A stretch of 36,544 nt of DNA from Vitrella brassicaformis CCMP3155 (taxonomy: Eukaryota; Protista; Chromerida). Positions 1-11,968 of this stretch are shown in pieces. Under the pieces are notes generated by a model. It saw only the letters and a list, made by a program, of their open reading frames with translations, was not told the origin of the DNA and ran no database searches. Each line of letters begins with the position of its first letter. Within the stretch, counting starts at the first letter, position 1. The translations under genes were made by a program, and so were the position numbers. The DNA is taken from contig CDMY01000651.1 of NCBI GenBank assembly GCA_001179505.1, forward strand, positions 1 through 36,544, given 5' to 3'.

Positions 1-1708
1 GCAAAAGTGGAAAAGGTGACCGGCCGCTTTTCGATATTCTTGAATCCAGGCCGATGAGAAGATGCAGTCACTGCAATCGTCCCCGCACTCGTTCATAAGA
101 TACTTTCTACTCGCTCGCCCCCATTTGTAAGGATGAGAGCTCCTTTTTTCTCCTCCTCGAGAATGCTGATCTGAAGCAGGTGATGAGCAAACCTGAGCCT
201 GCTGCTACGTTGCTCGTCCCTACCAAGGATGTGGAGCGTGCGTGGGTTCCCGTTGATTGGTTGGTTAGTGTGTTTAACGAGACTCGTGTCTGTAACCCCG
301 GAGGGATCCTCTTGTCTCACGCACTAAACTAGCAGCATGTACATGCAAAGCATGCACACGGCCTGTCTACCCCTCCCTACACTGGCAGCGGCGGACAGAC
401 AGATGGCAACAGAGAGCACTGGCTGCCTTGTAGAGCGTTGACAAACACCGATTCCGGGTACATACACAAGAACGGGCGCTGTGGCCCAGCAAGAGCCATG
501 GCAAGTGTACAGAAGCCAGAAGGGGGAAGTAGAAAAATGAGCGCCCTCTGAGCCACCAAAGCAACAATCAGCCAATCACATGAGTACACCACCATATACG
601 TGTTCGTTAACGGGCACCGAGGCCCCGGCCCCTGAGGGCAGATGGTGTGTCCAATCAATGCGTTGCGTGTCCATGTGAAAGACATGGACTAGGCCAGTGG
701 TCACCTAGGGCATTACCGTGAAACCGTTCCCACTGACGCGATCAAAGCACTCAGCAATGAAGCCCTCATCAGCCTCGCCGACGACACTGGGGTATGCAGG
801 TGTAGGCTGACACGCAACGCGACATGATTGGTGTGTCGTCATGAGTATGGTGATCAGCTTCTTGAGGGCTTCTTGCGGCTCACATCGTAGAGGGGGAGAT
901 CTCATCAGATGCCATCTCGAAGATGAAGGCACTGCCGACTCTCGGAGGATGGGAAGTCACTGTGGAAGAAGCTGAGGACATCAAAGGGGAGGTCACTTTG
1001 GGAGATTCTGCCGCATTCAGTGAGAAGGACATCAGAGCGACGAATAGCATTGTTCATGTACTTGGTGCAGTAATTCTCTTTCTCACTGGACAAGAGCTGA
1101 AGGACAAGGCTACAGAGCCGTCGACCAAGAAGCTGATGGAACCGGATGACGGCATGGTATCCATCGCGACCGACCCATTGCAACCTGTCGATGATGACCT
1201 TGGATTGCCTACTGATGACGACATAGCGGTCACTCTCAGCACAGAAGAGGATGAAAAGCGTCTTCCTCTCCATTCAAGGGGACGCTCGCTGAGTTCATAG
1301 AGAAGGAGGACGACTTGTTCATATTCAATAGCGCGGTGGTCAAGACAAAGACGCGACCAGCATTTGCTGACACGAAGCATGGTCCCTACACTCTCTTTTG
1401 CGCCCGCTGACGCGCCTTCAAGAACCTCAAATCAGATGAGCTGCAATATCTTGGAGAGCATCTCGGAGAGCATCCCGCTGCCCTGACGAAAGTGAGCGAA
1501 ACGAAAGACGCAGTGAGCGTCAGTCAAGACATCGCTGCTTGTCTATGTTGTGTCATGTAGTGGTCATGTAGTGAACAGCAAGCTGTCCCCCAATAACGTT
1601 AAATCGAAAGAGGAGCTCAAATCAGCTTCTAGCGATACGGTGATTGTAACCAAGACTGAGGAGGAAACCTCATTGCGGACGACCGAGTCAAAGTGGGACA
1701 AAGAGTTG
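1..1708 (+). pseudogene. Multi-domain fasciclin (FAS1) protein gene, intron-containing, 5' end outside the window, frameshifted
   Basis: Manual translation gives FAS1 motifs: FFLLLENADLKQVMSKPEPAATLLVPTKD (~132-235); LLEGFLRLHIVEGEISSDAISKMKALPTLGG...DIRATNSIVHVLGAVI (~857-1080); a further domain TLAEFIEKEDDL...HGPYTLF(APADA)AFKNL (~1275-1490) and GHVVNSKLS (~1561-1708). Frame change near 1275; compensating +1/-1 indels at ~1396-1415 create TGA at 1408. Confidence 0.8.
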
Positions 1709-2240
1709 CGTGCATGCACGCGTGGATTTGCAGTCGGTACATATGATGAATGTCTGTGTGCGCACACCTGCGCATGCATGTTTGGAGTTGGAGTGTGCGG
1801 GTATGATGAATGTCTGTGAATGTCTGTGTGCGCACACCTGCGCATGCACGTGTCGACTAGGAGTGTGTGTACATGATGAATATCTACGTGCACACAACTG
1901 CGCATGCACGTGACTCGGAGTTTGTGTATATAATGAACGTGTGTGTGTGCACCCCTGCGCATACACGTGTCGACTCGGAATGTGTGTACACAAAGTGTGT
2001 GTACATAATGAATGTCTGTATGCGCACATCTGCGCATGCACGTGTCGACTTGGAGTGTGTGCATATGATGAATATCTGTGTGCAGACAGCTGCGCCGACT
2101 TGGAGTGTGTGCATAGGATGAATGTTTGTGTGCGCACACCCACGCATGCACGTGTGGGCTTGGAGTGTGTGTATGTGATGAATGTCTCTGTGCGCACCCC
2201 TGCGCATGCACATATAATGAATGTCTGTGTGCGCACACCA
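1709..2240 (+). repeat. ~60-bp satellite array A (about 9 degenerate copies)
   Basis: Repeated unit like gtgtgcgcacacctgcgcatgcacgtgtcgacttggagtgtgtgtatatgatgaatgtct, read directly. Confidence 0.92.
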
Positions 2241-2325
2241 TACACAACACAACACACAGATGACAACGCATCTGCCTCGCCCCTTCTTCCCCCCTCCCTC
2301 TCTTCCCTGTCCCATCTTACCTGTG

Positions 2326-4814
2326 TCAGGTCGGCACGAGCTGGTTGCCCCACACGGCCCGCCAGTGGCTGTGCTGCAGCTCATCGTGTCCCAGTAGCTC
2401 TTGCTGTAGTAGAGGGAGGGGGGAGCGGGGAACGCAGGGTGACGGTGCTCCAACATCCTTGCCTCGGACCAACACGGCGAAATCCCACGGCGTCTTGCCC
2501 TGTTGTCATGACATGAGATGAGATGAGATGAGCACTCAACCCATCGATGATGTGAATGTCTGTGTGCACTCACGTCGTTGTTTTTGATGTCCAGCAGAGC
2601 ACCGCCGCCCCACTCGAGCCTTTGAGAATGGCACAGAGAGACAGAGAGTGTGTAAGATGTTCGCATCAGTCATTCATCAGTGTCGCCCACAGCTGAGACA
2701 CAGCGACAGATTGGCCCCTGTCCGCAGCCACATGGAGTGCCGTCATGCCGTGCTGTGTGTGTCATGCACACAAAGAAAGGCAATCAAACATGTCAGAGTT
2801 ACGTTCATTGTCTCCCGGCCTTCTGTGTGACCTGGTCCTTTTGTGTGAGGCAGCCCTTCCCGCCTTTGGCATACAGTGCCCTCAGCACATCCACATGACC
2901 ACCCGAGGCAGCAAATATGAATGGTGTGGTACCGAACTACAATCATGACACACAAAATCAATCGACACACTGAGGCGTCAGAGACATGTGTGTGTGCTCT
3001 CTTACCTTGCTGCGTGCATCGAGCAGTTTGGGATCCCACTTCAGCAGCTGATTAACGACCGCAAGATGGCCATTCCAGGCAGCGAAGTGCATTGCAGTCC
3101 AACCAGTATGCATTCCATCACACCCAACACACATCTCCTCATCACCAACTGCAGCACAAGATGATTTGTCTGTGATAGTACGTCGTTTGTTTGCTGCAGT
3201 ACGTCAGGTTTGCTCTCATACATGACCGACATGACGCCTACGTGACCCTGACGGGCAGCCATGATGGATTGGAAGAGCTGTTGGTGCGTGTGTATGGCCT
3301 CCATCCAGCTGGCGGTGAACAGGTGCGGCTCCTTGATGTGCTGCAGGTCGTCGGGGCCGCCCTGCTGCACAGGCAGCATCAGACGCATGAACCGCTCGCG
3401 GAGAGGGCCCGTCGACACAGACAACGCAGACAGGCCTGAGCGCACAGCACAACACCCAGCTCTCTTTGTATGTATGGATGACGCTATTTGACCTTCTTTC
3501 GGTCCTGGTCGCGATGGCTCGACGGCCAGCTGCTGCTCCCTCTCCCTTCTGTCCTCCGCAGGAGGGCTGTATGGCTGCTGGGGCATCGTTCCACGCTGCA
3601 TTGGGGAGGTGGCCTGGTCCACGGCGCCTTCAGTGGCCCTTCACTCGGCCACCGGGAGCTCGTCCTTCTGCCTCAGATGACCTGCATTCATAGAGACGTG
3701 TAGCACATCCATTCTCTCATACACGGATGCTCACTTTTGATTTGGTCTCTTATGAGTGGCGTCGCGGCCATTTGCAGAGGGCTCTTGCGGCTGACAGTGT
3801 TCTGAATGTGCGGGTCAGCTCCATTCCTCAACAGCAGGGGGACAACCTTCGACTGACCATCCTGTGGGCAAAAGAGAAGGCGTCACTGAATGCCCCTCAT
3901 TGCTCACCTTCTATACCTCGCATGCGTAATGGAGAGGGGTGCGGCCGTACAGGTCGCGAGCGTTGACATCAGCTCCCTTGGCGAGCAGCAGCTTGGTGAT
4001 GTCCTGCCCGCTCCAGTGACGGCTCAACACAGCGTAGTACAGACCGGTGCGCTCATGCTGCACGGCACAGCAAAGGCAGCTGCGGCGTTGCTCGTTGTGT
4101 CTGTCGTGTCTCGTCACCTTGTCGGTGGCATGGATGAGCGATGGCTTCGAGTGCAGAAGAATGGAAACGACGTTGCGATTCTCCGAATAGCAACCCAGAT
4201 GAAACGGCGTGCGACCAAGCTGCAACGACGCAAAGCCGTAAGAGCCACATCATGTGGCGTATTCTTGTCCACGCGTACCCAGCCCATCGCGGGCCTCCAG
4301 GTTCGCCCCAGCGTGTAACAAACACTCCACAGCTTTCTCGTGCCCATACTCACACGCCTATCAGACACAATGCCGGTCGGGTGCCTGTCTGTCGGTCGCT
4401 CGGTCGGTCGGTCTATTTGTCCGTGTGCCTCTTCAGCCCTACCAAGTGCAGCGGCGTCCTCCCGATTCGCTCTCTGGCTTCGATGGCGGCCCCGAGGGTG
4501 ATGAACAAGTGCACCAGAACTGCAAACCCCCCTTGACAGCCAAGTGCAGACACGTCTTGAGCGTCTGACAGACACAGCGGCACACAAGCCATGCACCTCT
4601 CCCTCACCAAACGTGATTGACGCATCCCCCTCCCTGTATTGACTTGATCAGTAGCCTGCATGTAGGGCGTGGGATCCTCTCTCTCGAGGCACCGCTGCAC
4701 AGCATCATACTGGCAAGTGGTGACGGAGTGGAAGAAGTCGTTGAAGGCGTTGGGCGAGGGCGGGGGACCGCTGCCATGATGGGTAGATGGGCGAGTGAAG
4801 CGGTTGTCCATCAT
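2326..4814 (-). pseudogene. Ankyrin-repeat protein gene, multi-exon, with a frameshift and an in-frame stop
   Basis: Exons read TLKTCLHLAVKGG/FAVLVHLFITLGAAIEARERIGRTPLHL, ACEYGHEKAVECLLHAGANLEARDG, LGRTPFHLGC, KLLLAKGADVNARDLYGRTPLHYACE and DGQSKVVPLLLRNGADPHIQN, with GT-AG boundaries. The G6 run at ~4527-4532 needs 7 G to keep frame; in-frame TGA at ~3643. The assignment of the 3' exons (down to 2326) is less certain. Confidence 0.85.
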
Positions 4815-5134
4815 CTGACCACACAACAGACGAAGCGTTGTCAAGACCTGTCAGTGGACCTTTCTGGTGTGCCTCTTGCCTTTGTCTTTGGGGACTCCGA
4901 GGAGCAGGGTGGGGGCTCGATGGGGGCCAGTCTGCATGCAAGATGGGGAGAGAACTTACTGAAGGACATCAAAACGAAGATCCCACGGCTTCCCAAGTTG
5001 GTGACGGCGTTGGCTCGCGAGCTCCTGCCTACAACTCTTAATCTGCAATGATTCCAAGTGGGCCCATGACGAGCACCATCTGACTCAAGTGGAGGGGACC
5101 TGACACGGCGGGCGGCACTGCTTCCTATCCCCTA

Positions 5135-5850
5135 TTGTCTGGCTGGGCGACGCGGTACAGCAGCACCATGCAATCTGATGCAAAGCCCCAGGCGCCAAAC
5201 GTTGAATGCAGCCACCATGATGAATGGCAGGAGAAGATGGATGAGCGTCTCTGTCGGCTGGAGCTTAAGGTGGACTTCACCATGGACCTGGCGCGTAGTG
5301 CGAGTATGTGTGTGCGTGGTGGGCGGCGCCGCTGGAAGATACGCCAGGCGGGCGCTGAGGATGGTGCTGGCATGTTTGTCGCATGATTGAGGGTTGGTCG
5401 CCGTTGCGCTATGAGTTAACGTATGTCACACGCCTGATGAGGACAAAACAGATGCGTTTGTGCCGACTTCACCATGGACGCTCTCATCAAGTCGTTCAGA
5501 GAACATCTGTCTCGCACCGATTGTCACATGGCGGAGAACAAACACGCCACTGAGAGCCTGAAGGAAGCGATGATCAAGAAGGTCAAGGAAGTCCGGGCGG
5601 AGATTGCTGGCGTGAAAGAGTCGCTGGGTGGGGTCCAGACTGTGCAAGAGAGGCATGGCAATCAGCTAAAAGGGGGTAGGAAGATTCAGGAGGAGCTGAA
5701 AGCCGAGGTCAGAGGGTTGAAGGCGCTCGTCGAGGAAGTCTCCTCAAAGCAATCTGCAGAAGAGGATTCTTGCAGAAGAGCTTCTCCGCCTCCTGTGCCT
5801 CCTCTCTCCATCTCCGCCATCGGCGAGCGCACAAGGCAAGACGGGAAAGG
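5135..5850 (+). CDS. Hypothetical coiled-coil protein exons
   Basis: ORFs 5135-5386 and 5474 onward give heptad-like charged sequence (KKVKEVRAEIAGVKESL...IQEELKAEVRGLKALVEEV). No family recognised. Confidence 0.35.
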
Positions 5851-5989
5851 GTCAGTCAGCACAGACACGGAGAGACACACCGGCAGTGTCCAAGGCATTA
5901 AGCAACACATGACTGTGTCTCCCTTGTTAATCCATCACTTCCGAAGCGCCTCCCTTCCCCTCCCTGCCCCCCGTCTGCCCCTCCCTGGC

Positions 5990-7171
5990 CCGCGCACACA
6001 TGACGCAGACCCACTCATCCAAGGTCAACACATCGTCCCGAACAACATCGTCGATATTGGTCGAGACCCCCTCAGCAGACGTCACGCGGCGGTTCTCTCA
6101 GCAGCACGTGCTCCACACTGTGCACAGGAAGGGCCACGACCACCGCGCGGCCACCCTCCCACCCACATTCGCCGAGGCATTCCACGGCTCCGCACACTCA
6201 CTTGCAGACAGCCCACATGTACGCCACACCACCCCCACCAGACTCACACACATTCATCTGTCTCCCTTTTCCTTCTGTGGTCAGTTTGGCACGCGTCATG
6301 TTGGTGCTGAGGAGCAGCAGACGAATGCAGGGACGGCAGACAGTCCGATGGACCATCAGTCTGAGGAGGGGAGGAACGCTGCCGGGCCAGTATCGCCCGA
6401 AAACTACGAGCATGAGGAGGCCGGTGATGAGCCGTATAGCACCGAGGACGTGGAGCTGTTGCTCAAGTGCTACATGCACGAGTCGGAGCTCCTCGACCAC
6501 AACATCAGCCTGCTCGACGAGGTGGGTGCAGACGCACAGCCCATCGCATGTATGTGGTGTTTGTTTGTATGTCTGTGTATGTGTGGGCGACTGTGCAGAC
6601 GCTGGATGACGTGCTACAGCTGATGAATCTCCACCTGGGTGAGTGAAAGAGACAGAGAGCAAGCTAACCAACCGACATCGACGCGTCTCCATTCATGCGT
6701 GTGTATGATGTTGTGTGGTGTTGTGTGGTGTGGTCGATCAGCCACCGTGCGTAATAGAGTGCTCAAGCTTGACCTGGGTACAACAGCAAACGGACACAAG
6801 ACACGCAGATGGAAAGAGTGTGCGTGTTGGATGGATTTCTGCAGGTCTGAATGCTGTGGGCGTCGTTGTGGGTTTCGGGGCGTGTGTCAGCGGCCTATTC
6901 GGGATGAACCTCAGGTCAGCATCTTCCCACTGCACACGATTGAAGCGTCTCTCTATGCCCGTCCTGGCTCTGTGTGTCGTGTGCAGGAGTGGCCTTGAGG
7001 ACAGCTTCACCGCGTTTTATGCTGTGTTTGTGTTCTGCATGGTGTCCTGCATCCTCACGGCGATCGCCGTCGGTATGCCGACACACTCATACGGACATCA
7101 ATCACAGCACACGCGTCTGTCTGTCTGTCTGTCTGATAGGATTTTTCTTCAAGAGGGCACTCACGCTGTAG
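5990..7171 (+). CDS. MRS2: MRS2/CorA-family Mg2+ transporter, C-terminal half (5' part missing or unrecognisable)
   Basis: Spliced reading EDVELLLKCY...ISLLDE|TLDDVLQLMNLHL|ATVRNRVLKLDL|GLNAVGVVVGFGACVSGLFGMNLR|SGLEDSFTAFYAVFVFCMVSCILTAIAV|GFFFKRALTL*. GMN signature at ~6901-6909 between two TM helices; splice phases are consistent. The 5' limit is uncertain. Confidence 0.85.
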
Positions 7172-7946
7172 CCAGGCATCACATGAGTGATTGGTGAATG
7201 TGTGTAAGTAAGAAACTGTTGTGTGCGGGAGGGGTGGGCTCGAGCTGTAGAGGATTTTCATTGTACATGTATCGAGACGCTAGTGCTGGACTCGTGAACC
7301 ATACACTGCAATGGCTTTCTCTTCGCCTCTTTCGAATTGCACGTCTGAAAGCCTTCGCGTGAAAGCCCAGGGAGGCAGATCTGCAGACGTTGGAACCTTA
7401 GGACAGACTTTAAATTTCCGTGCACCCGATTACCCTTTGCGCATTTTTCGCCGCAGAATGCAGGCAATAAGGGCCGGCAGCTGCAGGGGCTTCACCAGTG
7501 ACCGTGCAAGAGCCATCCTGCGCCTCATCCTCTGAATTCAACGATCCCACACATCCATCGTTCCTCCCGCGGTCCCCCGCCCTCATCCAGCGCAAAAGCA
7601 CAACAATGGACCGTTCCATCCTCATCGGCAGCTGCCCAGCTCGCTCAAGTACCTCCACATATCGGGTGTGAGGGCATCTCGGTCCATTTGCATCGCTGGA
7701 TCGGGCGGGCGAGGGTGAGGTGAGAGGTGTCGCCAACGCTTTGCAGAAGCCATCGCCGTGGTTTGAGGACAAATCGATAGGCTGATGGCTCTCCTACGCC
7801 GGAAGGGAGGCTCTCGAGGAACATTTGCAATGACAAAACATGTATATCACGCATACACGTATGTGTATTCGTATGTGTTTGTGTGGTGCAGTTTTACCAG
7901 CTTATCCGTTGACTGAGGAATCTTCTCTTCTCATCTGTCGATTGAG

Positions 7947-9619
7947 ATGAGGGGTGGTCTGCTGCGGCTGTCGCTCATCTGCCTCTGCCTCTGTGTGGCG
8001 GCCGCCTAAGGCAGCAGTGCCACAGACGTCAAAACGGTGTTGCTGCAGGACTTTGACTTCCACCACACGACCGACCAGATTCACCACCGGCTCAAGCAGC
8101 TGAGCCAATCATGCCCAGACCTCACATTGGTTTGTCTTTGTCTGGCCGACAAAGAGAGAAAGGGGCAGGCAAACATGCATCAATGTGCTTTGTTCGTGTT
8201 TGTGCTTTGGCTCATGCAGTCTGAGCGTCGCAACGGTTCAGCGTCGATTGACGTGGTCACCATTCGCAGCAAAGGCGTCGAGCCGATCGATCGCGTCTTC
8301 ATGCTCTTCGGCGAACATGCCAGAGAGTGAGTCAGCCAGTGAATGAGCCAGCGGACCACCACAATGGCAGGCAGACACATCACATCAATCGCTCATTTGT
8401 CGCTTCCTGTCTTCGGTTGATCTCTCCCGAGACGGGACTGTACATGATTGAGGCGCTCTGCCAATCGCCGGCCGTCCAAGACAAGAAGCTTCTCAAGGAG
8501 GCCAAGTAAAGGCTCCTGCAGACAAAGGACATCCGTGGCGGCCGGCGTGTCTGTGTGTGTCATGTCAGGCACGTGTTGGAGAGCACCATGTTTTCGATAA
8601 TTGTGAATGGTAATCCTCAATCCCGCCGGCGAGTCGAGAACGGCGACTAGTGCGTGAGGGTCAACGAACACGGTGAGGCTGCGACAGTGTATCGTATTCA
8701 CCGATCTGTATCTCCGTGTGTCTGTGTTTGGCGTGTGCAGGAGTCGACTTGAAACACAACTGGGACGACCACTGGACGGTATGAGAGAGGATGGAAAGAA
8801 TGGCTGACCATACAACCTCAACTGTCGCTTTATGTGTCAGCCTGAGTGAAACCTGGGCCTCGACACGAATCCCGGTGCCAAGCCCTTCTCCGAGCCAGAG
8901 ACAGCCATCTTCCTCGACCTCGTCAAAGAAGTCAAGGTGAGAGTGAGGCAGGCTTAGGAGAGACATCATTTGTTCGACTCTGCTCCCTTTCCGCCTCAGA
9001 CGACGACGTTCGTGACAATCCACTCAGGGACGTTCGGCATGTATCAGCCGTGGGCATACGAGCAGAAGGAGGCGCCGAGAAACGCACAACGCATGAGCAA
9101 AATACTCAGGTACGTGTGGGTGACATTCACACAAGAGGCCCTAATCTGTGTCCTGTATGTGCATGTGGCCTGCAGAGCGCTCGACGCGAAGCACTGCACG
9201 TGTCCGTTCGGCGCCGCGGCCGTGCAGGTGGGGTACCCATGCCCGGGCACATCCCTCGACTTCGTCTATGACAAGCTCGACCCACCGGCCAACTACGCGT
9301 TCGCATTCGAAATCTATACATCACCCCCACGCACCGTCGGTCAGCCATCCGGCAGACATGAAGAAACTCCCTTGTTCGCTTATCATGGTTGTTTGGTGTT
9401 GTCAGGTCTGAAAGAGCGATACGAGCTGGTGATGCGAAAGCAGGCAGCAGCCGACGAGCAGGACGCGATGAGCTTCGTTGCTCTGACGACCAGCTGCGCA
9501 AGAAGAAGCACAAGCGGACGGTCAGAGCACAGGTGACGGCCGATGGGCGAGTGCTGCTGGATGAGGGCATCAGCGGCCTGTGGAACTACAACCCTGTAGA
9601 TGGCAGCTCTAGGACGTGA
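7947..9619 (+). pseudogene. Secreted M14 zinc carboxypeptidase pseudogene
   Basis: Signal peptide MRGGLLRLSLICLCLCVAAA; Zn motif GEHARE-LISPE (8310-8330); GVDLKHNWD (NRN equivalent); PGAKPFSEPET; TIHSG (third Zn ligand); YAFAFEIY (catalytic Glu). In-frame stops TAA 8007, TAG 8648 and TGA 8847; AG acceptor apparently lost near 8415. Confidence 0.88.
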
Positions 9620-9629
9620 GAAATAGGAT

Positions 9630-9895
9630 GGAGCGAGCTGGTGGTGTGAGCGGGCTGCAAGGAGAGGGCGAAGTGTTTGGCGATACTGACGTGCAGATCG
9701 TGAGTGGTGCTCGATATATGGGCGGGTTTGTGGGGACCGCAGAAGGCAAGAGGGCCTACGTCACCGAGAGGGTACAGGAGTGGCAGAGGTGTGTCCAACG
9801 GATGGCGGACGCAACGGCCAAGTACCCACAGGCAGCTCACACGGCTCTCACGACGTCCCTGCAGGCCGAGTGGGATTTTCTGATGCGTAGCGCAC
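9630..9895 (+). mobile_element. Non-LTR retrotransposon fragment (CRE-like, RT C-terminal/thumb region)
   Basis: VQIVSGARYMGGFVG...AYVTERVQEWQRCVQRMADATAKYPQAAHTALTTSLQAEWDFLMR matches the G-RYLG..IG...W...PQAAY..L..SLQ.EW.FL.R pattern of RLE-bearing non-LTR elements. Confidence 0.75.
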
Positions 9896-9968
9896 AGGGA
9901 CGTCATAACTCACACCCCATCCAACTATCGCCCAACTGCCAGCTTTTTGTGATCTCCAGGACAGCTTG

Positions 9969-10210
9969 CTAGCTCATCTGCGTCTGAGTCTTTGATTGAT
10001 TGCAAATTCGACATCCAAAAGGCCAAAGTTCTTGGTTTCCATACAATTGCGGGCTCAGCAAATTCAATAAATGGTCCCAATGCAGACCTGTGAAAGCGTT
10101 CTCGTTGAGAAGCGACAACGTGTGCGTTGGAGTATTTTGCAAAAGATGAGAATATGGGGTGTGCCCTCGGTTGACATATAGAACGGGCGACGAAGTTCGT
10201 CTAAGCATCC
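9969..10210 (-). other. Possible HNH-type nuclease motif ORF or exon
   Basis: LHWDHLLNLLSPQLYGNQELWPFGCRICNQSK has DH-x19-CxxCNxxK spacing similar to HNH domains. Short and unverified. Confidence 0.3.
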
Positions 10211-10392
10211 GTGTCAGACAAGCAACAGGAAACACAACCGTGCATAGCCAACGGACAACACTCATTGACTGCAAACAAATGCATGTCACACACTGCAAAC
10301 AAACGTGAGACATGCAGTACCATATACACACACTCACAACATCCAGATCCAGCCAGCCACCTCACAGCCCCGGAGCGGGGCTGGTGTGTGGC

Positions 10393-10805
10393 CTATACGG
10401 CCCGCAGCTGATGAAGTCCTCGGGAAACGCGCTTATACGGCCCGCAGCTGATGAAGTCCTCGGGAAACGCGCTGGCCCTCCGTGGCCCTCTGGCGGCCGC
10501 AGCACGTTGTGCACGACTCGCCACTTGGAACGTGTTATGCTTCATCAACTCGACGGACAGAAGCTGGCTCCAATGATTGATGATGCTCTCACAGAACGCT
10601 GCGTCCTCGTCAGCGGGAATGGAGGTAGGGCGGGGCTTCCGCTTGGCGAGCATCTTTAGAAAATCCATGGTTTTCTCTCCCCACCTGCCAAATGTCTCTG
10701 CAACGAGCGGCACAAAGCGGAAGCCGGCCGCCTGGGCGGTCGGACCGTACTTGTCGATCTTGCCCTTCTCCGCAAGCTGCGCCGTCTTGCCACCTGATGA
10801 ATATG
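10393..10805 (-). mobile_element. Non-LTR retrotransposon 3' fragment (restriction-like endonuclease, CRE-like)
   Basis: AQLAEKGKIDKYGPTAQAAGFRFVPLVAETFGRWGEKTMDFLKMLAKR...HWSQLLSVELMKHN matches the AE..K..KY...F.P...ET.G.W...LSV.L...N C-terminus of RLE elements. Confidence 0.8.
10394..10473. repeat. 40-bp perfect tandem duplication at the 3' end of the RLE ORF
   Basis: tatacggcccgcagctgatgaagtcctcgggaaacgcgct present twice in tandem. Confidence 0.95.
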
Positions 10806-11159
10806 GGACACTTCTTCACATACATGAATAGTATCTGATTATGAATACTACCCCACAAGGCTGTGTGGTTATCAGAGAATCATGCTCATTCACTTATCCC
10901 CCCCCTTCCCTCGAATTTTGGAAGGCATAATGGAGTTGTGTCGTCCTGTCTCTATCACTCCGTGCCATTAAAGGACGCCCCGCGTACATGATCGACTGAC
11001 CTGTGTGTGTGTCCAGGGTTTGCGGCACATGCGGACCAGCGACCTTTCCAATGTCTTTCGCAACCAGTACTCTAGCGATGGTCAGCTTGCTGCTTAGACC
11101 TAGACCATGATGCGTACTTCGCACGGCGGTCCGTCTTGGCGTGTGATGGTGATGTGTGC

Positions 11160-11840
11160 AGTGTCGATTCAACTGCTTGACGGCACGACATTCAGCGCTC
11201 AACCAAATGGCCAGCCGGAGCTTTCAGACGTGTCGCCGGGCATCACGTTATATGACCTCCAGGCCAACTTGTGTTACGTGGTGGACGAGCTTGTCACGGG
11301 AGAGCAGATGCACCAGGCGGCTCTAAGGCGGAGGGCCAATGGTAGTGATATCGAGAAGGCCGACACCGAGGCGTCGACGGACAACCAGCAGCACACTGGC
11401 GACAGTGGGGGGTGGCGTGGGCTTTATGAGGCCCGCAAGACCAAACGAACACTTATCGAGGCGGGCAGCCCACCGGTCAGCAAGAGTGCCGCAGTATGTC
11501 TCTCTCGCTGCCTTGTATGTATGTCTTCCTTGATTGATTGCACGATGCCATCCCGGAGGTCCTCGCGGGCCTCGCACCGACAGTGGTGGAGACGCCATGT
11601 GGCCATGCAGCAGATGAGGTGCCCACGAGTGGCGCGTCGTCGCCTGTCAGCTCAACCCAATCGCGGCCAAGCGACGCCCACACAGCCGCCCTGACCCCCC
11701 TCTGCCACCTCACGCGTGTCGATTGGCCTCGGCTCAGCAGTTACGACAATGATAGCGCGGCATTGTCCGTGTCAGCCGAAGCTGTCCATGATGCGTGCAC
11801 TGGGCTCTCTTCATCGGGTGCAGCCGATACTGGTGATTGA
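11160..11840 (+). CDS. Hypothetical protein exons
   Basis: Coding-like stretches in ORFs 11107-11694 and 11538-11840 with a gtatgt donor at ~11495. No family recognised. Confidence 0.25.
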
Positions 11841-11968
11841 TGTTATAGTAGTCGACGCGTGTGTACTATACTCGGAAGCCAATGAGTGTCTGCTGCTGAG
11901 TGCATGGGTATGTATCTTTCGGGCTGTCTTTCGTGCGGGGCGTGAGTGAGGGATAGCGCTTCTTTCTG

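Noticed and set aside
7947-8850. Stop-codon reassignment or readthrough as an explanation for in-frame stops
   Set aside because: All three stop types occur at positions implying different amino acids, alongside frameshifts and splice-site loss; ordinary decay is simpler.
9630-10805. Twin-priming 5' inversion of a single non-LTR element
   Set aside because: The inverted RT piece lies beyond the 3' end of the RLE fragment, not at its 5' side.
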